Positions 39,770 through 48,645 of a stretch of DNA of 64,000 nt are shown here, in pieces (position 1 is the first letter of the stretch; every line of letters begins with the position of its first letter). The notes beneath the pieces were generated by a model. The model had not been told where the DNA came from. It worked only from the letters and a program-made list of their open reading frames with translations, and searched no databases. Source of the stretch: Chryseobacterium gleum (lineage in GTDB: Bacteria; Bacteroidota; Bacteroidia; Flavobacteriales_C; GCA-002722245); contig CAMBXP010000002.1 in the NCBI GenBank assembly GCA_945871895.1, positions 4,308-68,307 on the forward strand. The letters are read 5' to 3'. The position numbers and the translations under genes are program-made.

Positions 39770-40092
39770 TGAAGTTAAAAGCAAGCACTATAGTAGAAGT
39801 TTTAGTAGCCATCACCATTGTGTCGATATGCTTTACTGCTTTTTATGTGTGTTTTAGCATGGTGAATTCAAGTGATAAGTCGGCAAAAATGCTACGTGCT
39901 TTAGAGTTGGTGGAAGAATTAAAAAGCAACAATGATTTGAAAGAAGAAGAATTAGAATTGGGCAATCTTCAAGTAAGTAAAATGGTGGAAGATACCGATA
40001 ATCCCGATTTAAAACTTTTGCATTTTGAAGTAACGGAAGACAGTGTAGTAATAGAAAAAATGAATTGTTTTATTGTAGTGAAAAACAGGTAG
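39769..40092 (+). CDS. Small pilin-like protein (prepilin-type N-terminal helix with Glu5)
   Basis: 107 aa. MKLKA|STIVEVLVAITIVSI has Glu at +5 relative to a putative cleavage after Ala. The start overlaps the previous stop (ATGA). Confidence 0.4.
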   Translation: MKLKASTIVEVLVAITIVSICFTAFYVCFSMVNSSDKSAKMLRALELVEELKSNNDLKEEELELGNLQVSKMVEDTDNPDLKLLHFEVTEDSVVIEKMNCFIVVKNR

Positions 40093-40185
40093 AGCCAGAT
40101 AGAATCTGGCTTAAAATAGATTAATTCCATTTCCTTTTTAATCGGAATTTTTTTCTGTTTTAAGCCAGATTCTATCTGGCTCTAC
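40089..40185. repeat. Perfect 28-bp inverted repeat with self-palindromic arms (cruciform-capable)
   Basis: GTAGAGCCAGATAGAATCTGGCTTAAAA ... TTTTAAGCCAGATTCTATCTGGCTCTAC. Each arm itself contains AGCCAGAT/ATCTGGCT. Lies between the two pilin-like genes. Confidence 0.8.
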
Positions 40186-40206
40186 GGGGAAAAGAAGAGG
40201 AATACT

Positions 40207-40695
40207 ATGAAGTTAAACCAACATATAAAAGCATTTACCATACTAGAATTCCTAGTAGTCATTTCCCTATCTGCTATAGTGATGACCATCGCATACATGG
40301 TGTGGAATCGCTCTTTGGAAAGTTTTGCATCGTACAGCGAAAATAGTTCTGAAATCAATACTTTACATCGTTTTAAAAATGCAATGGAAGATGATTTTTT
40401 TGAATCGAAAAATGTGGTGTTGAGCAATTCAGGAATAGATTGTATTTTGCCCGATGGTAAAGTAATTGAATATGTTTTCTCGGCTGGAGAGATGGTGCGA
40501 AAAGTGGATGGCGATGAGTGGACTGTAGAGGTAGATGAAGTCAATATAGAAACACTACTCAACAGCCTCAAGCAAAAAGAAACCAATGGCTTAGTTGACG
40601 AAATAAAATTAGAATTTAAAATGCCAAACGAAAAGCAATCTTATATTTGGCGAGTGAATAAGCAATATGGCTTTTCCGATTTTTGGAATGATTAG
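40207..40695 (+). CDS. Prepilin-type N-terminal cleavage/methylation domain protein (type IV pilin/pseudopilin-like)
   Basis: 162 aa. MKLNQHIKA|FTILEFLVVISLSAIV matches the class III signal-peptide consensus (F-T-L-I/L-E) with Glu at +5. Confidence 0.55.
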   Translation: MKLNQHIKAFTILEFLVVISLSAIVMTIAYMVWNRSLESFASYSENSSEINTLHRFKNAMEDDFFESKNVVLSNSGIDCILPDGKVIEYVFSAGEMVRKVDGDEWTVEVDEVNIETLLNSLKQKETNGLVDEIKLEFKMPNEKQSYIWRVNKQYGFSDFWND

Positions 40696-40732
40696 TTTTG
40701 ATACATTGAATCCGTCAGCAGACGGACAGGCA

Positions 40733-40753
40733 TTTGAACATTAAACTTTGAAC
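40733..40753. repeat. TTGAACATTAAACTTTGAAC (TTCAATGTT family copy 3) next to the small hairpin CCGTCAGCAGACGG
   Basis: Differs at two positions from TTGAACATTAAACATTGAAC at 33022-33041. Confidence 0.5.
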
Positions 40754-40758
40754 TGATT

Positions 40759-41892
40759 TTGGTTGACTTAAATAAAATATCAGCTACTAAAAAGGTTTCT
40801 ACCAAAAAAGAGGGTGGAGTGATGTCTTTTTTGAATAAGGATATTTCATTGGGTAGCAAGCAGCTTAACGACAAAAAGAAGGAAGGTTTTTACAATGAAC
40901 TTACCTTATTGTTAGATGCTGGCGTAGATATTAAATCATCTTTAGAGCTCATAGAATCAGAGCAAGTTAAAAAACAAGATAAAGAACTGTTTGCCGAAAT
41001 TCGCCGACAAGTCATCAGTGGAAAAGGAATGTCGGAGGCGATGAAGAATAGCGGCAAGTTTTCCGATTACGAATATTATTCTGTGAAGATAGGAGAGGAG
41101 AGCGGACAGCTTCTGCAAGTATTACAGCAACTTCGATTGTATTTTGAAAAGAGAATTAAACAGCGCCGACAAATTGTTGGAGCACTTACCTATCCTTTAA
41201 TAGTAATAGCTGTGGCTTTCGGCGCAGTAGCTTTTATGATAAGTTTCGTAGTGCCAGCCTTCGCCGATATCTTCAAAAGGTTTAAAGCCGATTTACCTGC
41301 AGTCACTAAGTTCATTTTAAATTTATCAGAATCATTTCCACTATATTTTGGTACCTTTCTTCTACTAGTTTTAAGTGCTGTTGTTTTTTACAGAATGAAT
41401 CGTGCTAAAGTTTGGATGCGTAAATCACTTTCTTCTTTTACGCTTAAAATTCCAGTGATTGGTAACTTAATTCAACTTAGCTATCTCTCTCGTTTTGCGC
41501 AATCCATGTCTTTGTTGATTGCAGCTAAAGTACCACTCATTGAGGCGATGTCGCTCGTTCAAAAAATGATTAATTATTATCCTATTGAAATTTCGTTAGA
41601 AGCGATGGAGCACGAGATTATGAAGGGTAAATCACTCAGTGAAAGCATGAGTAAATACAAAATTTATCCTAAAAAAATGATTTACTTAATTAAAGTGGCC
41701 GAAGAGGTAAATCAAATGGATAAAATATTTGCTCAGTTGTCTCAACAGTATTCCGATGAGGTAGAACACAAATCGGGATTGATTAGCACGGTGATAGAAC
41801 CTATCTTAATTGTGTTTTTAGGGTTTATGGTGGCTTTTATTTTGGTGGCCATGTATTTACCAATGTTTAGTTTAACAAATGTTTTAGGTTAA
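40759..41892 (+). CDS. Type II secretion / type IV pilus platform protein (GspF/PilC family)
   Basis: 377 aa. Two T2SSF-type repeats, three TM helices, and conserved blocks (LLLDAGVDIKSSLELIE; YPLIVIAVAFGAVAFMISFVVPAFADIF; LISTVIEPILIVFLGFMVAFILVAMYLPMFSL). Confidence 0.8.
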   Translation: MVDLNKISATKKVSTKKEGGVMSFLNKDISLGSKQLNDKKKEGFYNELTLLLDAGVDIKSSLELIESEQVKKQDKELFAEIRRQVISGKGMSEAMKNSGKFSDYEYYSVKIGEESGQLLQVLQQLRLYFEKRIKQRRQIVGALTYPLIVIAVAFGAVAFMISFVVPAFADIFKRFKADLPAVTKFILNLSESFPLYFGTFLLLVLSAVVFYRMNRAKVWMRKSLSSFTLKIPVIGNLIQLSYLSRFAQSMSLLIAAKVPLIEAMSLVQKMINYYPIEISLEAMEHEIMKGKSLSESMSKYKIYPKKMIYLIKVAEEVNQMDKIFAQLSQQYSDEVEHKSGLISTVIEPILIVFLGFMVAFILVAMYLPMFSLTNVLG

Positions 41893-42234
41893 TTTTTTTT
41901 CGTCGGCAATTTTCATTGATTCGTCTTTATTGTGAATTCATTCGTGTGGATAAATTCCTTAAAATCCTTGTTTTTACTACTTGTTAAGGGAACATTATTT
42001 TTCAACAATACTTTTTTGATAACAAATATTTGTTCTATTTTCGCCGCCTACTAAAAATGGATATTACTACATCGGGGATTTTTAGATTGTAGATTGTGGA
42101 TGTTGATTTCGATTATTTATTTAAAATTAATGTAACTGGTATATCAATGCCATTACAAAAGTGTTGTGAAAACTAAGTTTTGGCAATGAATTTTGTTGTG
42201 GAAATAAAATGACGACTAACTAAAAAAAGAAAAA

Positions 42235-42681
42235 ATGAAGATTTCATATATCAAAAAAAGCATTTTAGTGCTCTTGGTTTTTTGCTCTATTGCTGCGTAC
42301 AGTCAAAGTGAAATTCAAGCGCTTTTGGTAGATTTTAAGCTTGATGCTAGTAAGGCTGTTATTGAGCCCGGACAAAATGCTAGCATGCACCCAGTAACAA
42401 AATTTGAGGTGATTTACCACATTAAAATAGCCGATAGTTTGCAAGTAAATGCTGTTGTGTTAAAGCTGGGTAATACACTTAACGGTGCCGAGTTTTTTAA
42501 TTTATCATTAAATACTAATGGCCAAAATTTACCTGCTGGGGTAAGCCTAAGTTACAGCGGTAGCGATTTAATAATTAATACAGGCAAATATGCCATCACG
42601 CCGCTATACTGTGCCAGCGCAAAAGTGCAATATGTAGGTGGTGCGTTTAGCGACTGGAAAATCAATACCAATATTCAATAA
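42235..42681 (+). CDS. Small secreted protein (paralogue A)
   Basis: 148 aa. Signal peptide. Shares a conserved pattern with the next gene (FKLDxxxA...LNGxxxF...LNTNGQNLPAGV/LNLDGSNLPQGI...LIINTG/LIVNTG...ASAKVQYVGGAFSD/ASAKLQYANGSFSA). Confidence 0.5.
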   Translation: MKISYIKKSILVLLVFCSIAAYSQSEIQALLVDFKLDASKAVIEPGQNASMHPVTKFEVIYHIKIADSLQVNAVVLKLGNTLNGAEFFNLSLNTNGQNLPAGVSLSYSGSDLIINTGKYAITPLYCASAKVQYVGGAFSDWKINTNIQ

Positions 42682-42690
42682 GGAACTTTC

Positions 42691-43179
42691 ATGATAAATA
42701 GATCACTTATGCCAAGCAAGAAAATATTAGTCGATTCATTCAACACTATTTTATCATTACTCAATAGCAAATTGAGTTTTGTTTTGTTGTTTTCAGGAGT
42801 TTTGTTGTGTAATACCAGCAACGCACAATCTTCAAGCAATTCACTTAAAGTTGAATTTAAACTTGATGACGCTGTTTCAAGTGCGAACATAAGTACCATA
42901 CCAGATGTGATTTTAACAGCCAACTTTTCCGATACCACTAATGCCTCAAAACTAATTATCACTTTGGGCAGCACCTTAAATGGTACCCAACATTTTTCTT
43001 ATGCTGTAAATCTTGACGGTAGTAATTTGCCACAAGGAATTACTTTGCAAAGAGAGGGATTAAATTTAATAGTAAATACTGGTGCGCATAGCGGGGTGGT
43101 TCAATATTATGCTAGCGCTAAATTACAATATGCAAATGGGTCGTTTAGTGCCGAAGAAAAAATAAACAATGTGGAGTAG
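42691..43179 (+). CDS. Small secreted protein (paralogue B)
   Basis: 162 aa. The true start may be an internal Met. Paralogous to 42235-42681 along its whole mature region. Confidence 0.5.
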   Translation: MINRSLMPSKKILVDSFNTILSLLNSKLSFVLLFSGVLLCNTSNAQSSSNSLKVEFKLDDAVSSANISTIPDVILTANFSDTTNASKLIITLGSTLNGTQHFSYAVNLDGSNLPQGITLQREGLNLIVNTGAHSGVVQYYASAKLQYANGSFSAEEKINNVE

Positions 43180-43214
43180 CGCAAGAATAAAGGGGTGAAA
43201 AATAAAGTATACAA

Positions 43215-46200
43215 ATGAAAAGATATTTTGAGATGAATAATACAAATATTAATAAAATAGTTGGTCATTGTGGTAAATTATTTTTGGCTTTCGCCTTTCT
43301 ACTTTTCACCTTTATTTCATACGCCCAAACCACTGTGTCTTTGCAGGCGAGTGCCGATGCACGTATCGATGCTTCAGGTTATTCAACCAATTACGCAACA
43401 GAAGCTGATGTAATTACCATGCCGTGGTCATCGTTGTACTCTCGTCGTTTTGTTATTAAATTTGATTTGTCATCTATTCCTACGGGTTCAACCATTCAGT
43501 CGGCAACACTTAAATTACGAGAAACAGGTACCTATGGTTATACAAGAACTATTAACGCCCATCGTTTAACAAGAGCATGGAATGAAAGCACCGTTACATG
43601 GAACACACCTTGGAGTGCTGGTGGTGCTGATTTTATTGCCACACCAGCAGCGAGCACAGCTATTTCATGGACAGGTACTTTGAAGCAAGATTCTTGGAAT
43701 CTTACTTCCGATGTGCAAGCAATGGTAGCAGGTACTAATACTAATAACGGATGGGTAATCAAAGATAATGTTGAAGATGCGTCTCAAAGATTTTGGAAAT
43801 TCGCAAGTAAGGAAAATGCAAACTCTTCTTTACGGCCGGTTTTAGTAATCACCTACACCAACGCGATAACAGTAAATGTAACTCCTGCATCGGCAACTAT
43901 TTGTGCTGGTGCAAATACTTCACTAACTGCTTCGGGCGCTACAACTTATTCGTGGAGTCCTTCAACTGGTTTGAGCTCAACAACAGGTGCTACGGTAACA
44001 GCTAGTCCTTCAACCACCACTACATATACTGTAACAGGCAGAGGAAGTGGAGGTGCCACTGCAACCAAAACGGTAACAGTAACTGTAAATTCCTTACCTA
44101 CAATTTCTGTTGCTCCAACTACAGCAGCATTTTGTGCTGGAAGGAATGTTCAATTGACTGCATCTGGTGCATCAACTTATTCATGGAGCCCAGCAACAGG
44201 ATTGTCAGCAACAAACATTGCAAATCCAACAGCGTCACCAGCGATCACAACAACCTATACTGTTAGCGGAACAGCTGCAAATGGATGTACAGCAACAGCC
44301 AGTAAAATTGTAACAGTGAATGCATTACCAACAGTAAGTGTTAGTCCAACTACAGCAGCATTTTGTGCTGGAGGGAATGTTCAATTGACTGCATCTGGTG
44401 CATCAACTTATTCGTGGAGCCCAGCAACAGGATTGTCAGCAACAAACATTGCAAATCCAACAGCTTCACCAGCGATCACAACAACCTATACTGTTAGCGG
44501 AACAGCTGTAAATGGATGTACAGCAAGTAAAACGGTAATCGTAACAGTTAATTCCTTACCTACAATTTCTATTGCTCCAAGCACAGCAGCATTTTGTGCT
44601 GGAGGAAATGTTCAATTGACAGCAACAGGCGCAACTACTTATTCATGGAGTCCAGTAACAGGTTTAAGTGCAACAACCGGCTCAGCTGTTTCAGCGTCCC
44701 CAGCGACGTCAACGTCCTATACAGTCAATGCTACCGATGCAAATGGATGTGCAACAACAGCAATAAAAATTGTAACAGTAAATGCGCTGCCAACAGTATC
44801 TGTCTCTCCAGCATTCGCCACAATAAATTCTGGTAACAGCACAACGCTAACTGCGTCAGGTGCTTCAACGTATTCATGGACTCCATCAACTGGTTTGTCA
44901 GCTACAAATATTGCCAATCCTTCTGCTAATCCAACTTCAACAATAACTTATATAGTAACTGGAACAAGTTCTGCAGGCTGTTTAGATACTCAAAGTGTGA
45001 AGGTTACTGTTGTTAATCCAACCTTAGAATGGGCCGAGTTAAATGGCATGAATTGGGTTTCACCAACTTTAACCAAAACTACCCCAAACGACTATACTAA
45101 CGGTAGTGCCTTCAGTAAAAACCATTTAAATGTCAATCAAGATGGTTGGGTTGAATTCACCATCAAAGGAAATTTTCACGATTATTTTGGTTTTGCCATT
45201 AAGAACTATTCTGCCTATAATAAAGACTTACGCTATGGTTTTGAGTATGCAAACGGCATAGCTGTAATGCATAAGGGTTCAAGATATACAATGGGCTCAG
45301 CAACCATTAACGATAAATTGAAAGTAGAGCGTGTTGGTGCTGCTATCAATTACTATAAAAATGGTGTTTTATTAATCAGTTTACCGGCTCCAACAAGTAA
45401 TGAAGAATTGTTTATTGATCTTTCAAATTATGCTCTCAATAGTACTCAAGAGGTAAGATCTAGCTTCACGGCAGATTTTAATATTTATGCTACGATTAAC
45501 GATAACAATCCCGCTTCTGCTTCTAGAGACGGAAGTATTTCTCTAGATCCTTTAAACGAAACCGGAACAGTAAGTTTTTTATGGAGCAACGGAGCAACTA
45601 CTTCTTCTATTAGTGGCTTAACGTCAGGAATTTACTCTGTAACGGTTACCAATGGCGCACAAACCATCAACCGCACTTATACCTTATTGAATAAACCAGT
45701 GTGGACCTCTTTAAAAAATATGAATGAAATTGGTGACGCGCGCTTAACAAAAACTACTCCAACCAATAGCAACGACGAACGAGGCAATGGAATGAGTAAA
45801 GTGTTTTTGCCAGCCAATCAAGATGGTTATATCGAATTTTTAGCTACCGATAATGGTGAATCTCAATTGTACTTTGGATTCTCTTCGGTACCAACCGATT
45901 TTTCAGGACACTATTTTTCTTATTCTGATATCGACTATTCTTTCTTTTGGTTTGGTGCTTATTGTTACATTACTGAAGGAGGAGGAGATGTGTTCAACAC
46001 GCCTACTGTTCTTCGCTCTAGCAAATTGCGCATTTCCCGTGAAGGAAGCTTTATAGTGTATTACATCGATGGCTTAGAAGTGAAGAGAACTGCAAGTAAT
46101 CCTAACAAAGATTTATTTGTGAAATTCACTCAAATGGGCCAAGCCGATCAAGGTGTTATAAGAACAAGCTTTGGTGGCAGTACCACTCCGTTCTACTCTC

Positions 46201-48623
46201 TTCAAGATAACAATCCTTCAACAGCAGCCGATGGTTCTATATCTGTTGAGGCCATAGGAGGGAAAGCGCCTTATACTTATTTGTGGAGCAATGGAGCAAC
46301 TACTGCTTCTATCGCTAATCTCGCTCCCGCACTCTATACTCTTACAATTACCGATGCTAATAATATTTCAAGTTCTAAAACATTCAAAGTAATGAATAAA
46401 GTAGCTTGGAAAAATTTAAACGGTGTTGCGCTTCAAAGCAATGATCGTTTAATAAAAACCGATCAAACAGATGATAACAATTCAGGGTGGGGTAGTTCTC
46501 AAAGCTATTTGCCTGCTGGGCAAGATGGTGAGCTTATCATCAACACAACCACTATTCCTAATAACTCAATTATAGGTTTCTCTGCGCATCCCATACTCTT
46601 TGCTCCAAATTACACTGGTAATTTGATTAATTATGGTGGCTTCTTTGGCGGTAATTATTTTCATGTGTACGAAGGTGGTGGAGAGGCTACCTATAATAAT
46701 AAGTTATATGGTGGTAATGAGTTTCGAATAGCAAGAGAAACCAACGCACAAACAGGTATTGCAACCATCGCTTATTATTTAAACGGACAAGAATTACGTC
46801 GTGTGCCAACACAATTGAATCAAGATTTGTTTGTGCTTTTCTCTATGCGAACACCTAATTTCGATTTTGGTAGAATACGTGCTAGTTTCGGTCATAATTT
46901 ACAAGCAAGCTACGAAGTAACAGATAACGACCCTATGCAAACGCCTAGCGGTTCTATTGTTGCTGAGGCGCTTGGAGGTACACCTCCATATACATATGTA
47001 TGGAGCAATGGAGCAACAACGCCTTCCATCTCTAATCTCGTTCCCAATAATTACACTCTTACTATTACTGATGCTAACGGACAAACAAGTCAAAAAACAT
47101 TTAATGTAGCCAACAAACCTGTTTGGACCAACCTTAATAAATTAACTCCAGGTAGCAATGGTTATTTGATAAAAGATGGCACCAACAACGATGGTTGGGC
47201 CAATTCAGCCAACTTTATTCCTGCTGGCGATGAAGGTTTTATGGAATACGTAGGTTTTGGTAGAGTGGCTTTATCGGTTGGTTTATCAAAAGACCCCTTT
47301 GTATTTACCCCTAATCAATCGGGCGATATATCTTATGGCGTTTTCTTGTGGCAATACACACGAGTAATTTACAAAGGCTATTGGACATCAGGACTCGATG
47401 ATCCATCAAAAGGTGGTGATTTATATCGCATAGAGCGAAAAATCAATGCGCAAAGCGGTCAGGCCGAAATGATATACTATTTAAATGGGGTAGAGAAAAA
47501 CCGTTTACCAGTAAACATCAACGAAGACTTGTATATAAAAGTAATGGTTCAAATAGCCTATAGCAATTTAGGTTATGTTCGTTTGAGTCACGGACACCAA
47601 TTCAATGCATCGGCAACGGTATCACATGTTAGCGCAAAGCCTTATAACGGCGCAATAAATGTTACGCAATTTGGCGGACAAAAACCTTATCAATCCCTTT
47701 GGTCGAATGGTGCTACTACTCAAGACCTTTCTACATTAAAGAAAGGAGTTTATTCATTGCAAACCACCGATTCATTATCTGCGGTTAAAACCCGTGAATT
47801 CGAGCTTCTAAATAAAATAGAATGGGCACATGCTAGCGGTATTAGCGAACAAGACAACCTTACTAAAATAAGCTCTTCAAACGCTTTGGCGACCTCAAAA
47901 AACTATTTAGACCCACAACAAAATGGTAAAGTCGATTTTCAATTTGCAGTTGCAGGTGTAGGTAAAATGGGATTCACCACTGATGACGATATCAATAGCG
48001 GTTCCGATATTAAATACGGTTTTTACCAGTGGAATGTGTACTTGCATATGATTTATAATGGTAACGAAGTGGGTTTTCAAATACCAGGCGGACAATATTT
48101 CCAAAGTGCCAACAAGCTATCGCTCGAACGTATTGGCAATGTGATGTACTACAAGTTAAATGGAGTTGTGGTATACCAAGGGGCAGTGCCGCCAGAAGAA
48201 AAACTATATGTTGGTGTGAGTTCTTACGCTAATGGTAATAAGGTAATGAGGGTGCTGACTAATTTTGGGGAGGGGAAAGAATCTGTAGTTTCAACTTCAA
48301 AAGCATACTCTCAGCTTCAAACGGAATTAGATCATAAATACAGTAATGTGATTAACAACGAGCTATTGTTTATCTATGATGAGGAATATGAAGTTTCTGA
48401 AAATTCCAAGCTTCATTATAAAGTGTACGATAAAGACAGAAATGAGGTGATAAATGAAACAGAATTCGCAATTGCCATAAAAAGAGGTTTAAATAAAGTT
48501 GTAATTCCTTGCCTCTCAGATAAAATTGGTTCAACAGGTTTCTTCATACTAGAAGTAAAGAATGATAAAAATGATACCTGGTATCTTCGTTTTCAATTAG
48601 CAAATAGTACCAACTGTAATTAA
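43215..48623 (+). CDS. Giant secreted protein with DNRLRE domain, about five tandem Ig-like domains and four SprB repeats (candidate cell-surface adhesin)
   Basis: 1802 aa. Signal peptide. N-terminal DNRLRE-type domain (DARIDASGYSTNYATEADVI...RRFVIKFDLSSIPTGSTIQSATLKLRETG...VTWNTPWS). Tandem ~80-aa Ig-like repeats of the form STYSWSPATGLSATNIANPTASPAITTTYTVSGTA. Four SprB-type repeats (e.g. SGSIVAEALGGTPPYTYVWSNGATTPSISNLVPNNYTLTITDANGQ), each followed by a ~200-aa domain. Confidence 0.75.
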   Translation: MKRYFEMNNTNINKIVGHCGKLFLAFAFLLFTFISYAQTTVSLQASADARIDASGYSTNYATEADVITMPWSSLYSRRFVIKFDLSSIPTGSTIQSATLKLRETGTYGYTRTINAHRLTRAWNESTVTWNTPWSAGGADFIATPAASTAISWTGTLKQDSWNLTSDVQAMVAGTNTNNGWVIKDNVEDASQRFWKFASKENANSSLRPVLVITYTNAITVNVTPASATICAGANTSLTASGATTYSWSPSTGLSSTTGATVTASPSTTTTYTVTGRGSGGATATKTVTVTVNSLPTISVAPTTAAFCAGRNVQLTASGASTYSWSPATGLSATNIANPTASPAITTTYTVSGTAANGCTATASKIVTVNALPTVSVSPTTAAFCAGGNVQLTASGASTYSWSPATGLSATNIANPTASPAITTTYTVSGTAVNGCTASKTVIVTVNSLPTISIAPSTAAFCAGGNVQLTATGATTYSWSPVTGLSATTGSAVSASPATSTSYTVNATDANGCATTAIKIVTVNALPTVSVSPAFATINSGNSTTLTASGASTYSWTPSTGLSATNIANPSANPTSTITYIVTGTSSAGCLDTQSVKVTVVNPTLEWAELNGMNWVSPTLTKTTPNDYTNGSAFSKNHLNVNQDGWVEFTIKGNFHDYFGFAIKNYSAYNKDLRYGFEYANGIAVMHKGSRYTMGSATINDKLKVERVGAAINYYKNGVLLISLPAPTSNEELFIDLSNYALNSTQEVRSSFTADFNIYATINDNNPASASRDGSISLDPLNETGTVSFLWSNGATTSSISGLTSGIYSVTVTNGAQTINRTYTLLNKPVWTSLKNMNEIGDARLTKTTPTNSNDERGNGMSKVFLPANQDGYIEFLATDNGESQLYFGFSSVPTDFSGHYFSYSDIDYSFFWFGAYCYITEGGGDVFNTPTVLRSSKLRISREGSFIVYYIDGLEVKRTASNPNKDLFVKFTQMGQADQGVIRTSFGGSTTPFYSLQDNNPSTAADGSISVEAIGGKAPYTYLWSNGATTASIANLAPALYTLTITDANNISSSKTFKVMNKVAWKNLNGVALQSNDRLIKTDQTDDNNSGWGSSQSYLPAGQDGELIINTTTIPNNSIIGFSAHPILFAPNYTGNLINYGGFFGGNYFHVYEGGGEATYNNKLYGGNEFRIARETNAQTGIATIAYYLNGQELRRVPTQLNQDLFVLFSMRTPNFDFGRIRASFGHNLQASYEVTDNDPMQTPSGSIVAEALGGTPPYTYVWSNGATTPSISNLVPNNYTLTITDANGQTSQKTFNVANKPVWTNLNKLTPGSNGYLIKDGTNNDGWANSANFIPAGDEGFMEYVGFGRVALSVGLSKDPFVFTPNQSGDISYGVFLWQYTRVIYKGYWTSGLDDPSKGGDLYRIERKINAQSGQAEMIYYLNGVEKNRLPVNINEDLYIKVMVQIAYSNLGYVRLSHGHQFNASATVSHVSAKPYNGAINVTQFGGQKPYQSLWSNGATTQDLSTLKKGVYSLQTTDSLSAVKTREFELLNKIEWAHASGISEQDNLTKISSSNALATSKNYLDPQQNGKVDFQFAVAGVGKMGFTTDDDINSGSDIKYGFYQWNVYLHMIYNGNEVGFQIPGGQYFQSANKLSLERIGNVMYYKLNGVVVYQGAVPPEEKLYVGVSSYANGNKVMRVLTNFGEGKESVVSTSKAYSQLQTELDHKYSNVINNELLFIYDEEYEVSENSKLHYKVYDKDRNEVINETEFAIAIKRGLNKVVIPCLSDKIGSTGFFILEVKNDKNDTWYLRFQLANSTNCN
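43860..45010 (+). repeat. Intragenic tandem repeat array (~230-240-bp unit, about 5 copies) encoding Ig-like domains
   Basis: Copies at roughly 44087-44324 and 44325-44552 are ~97% identical at the DNA level. Flanking copies are more divergent. Confidence 0.8.
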
Positions 48624-48645
48624 AAGAATTTTAGCAAAATAGAAT

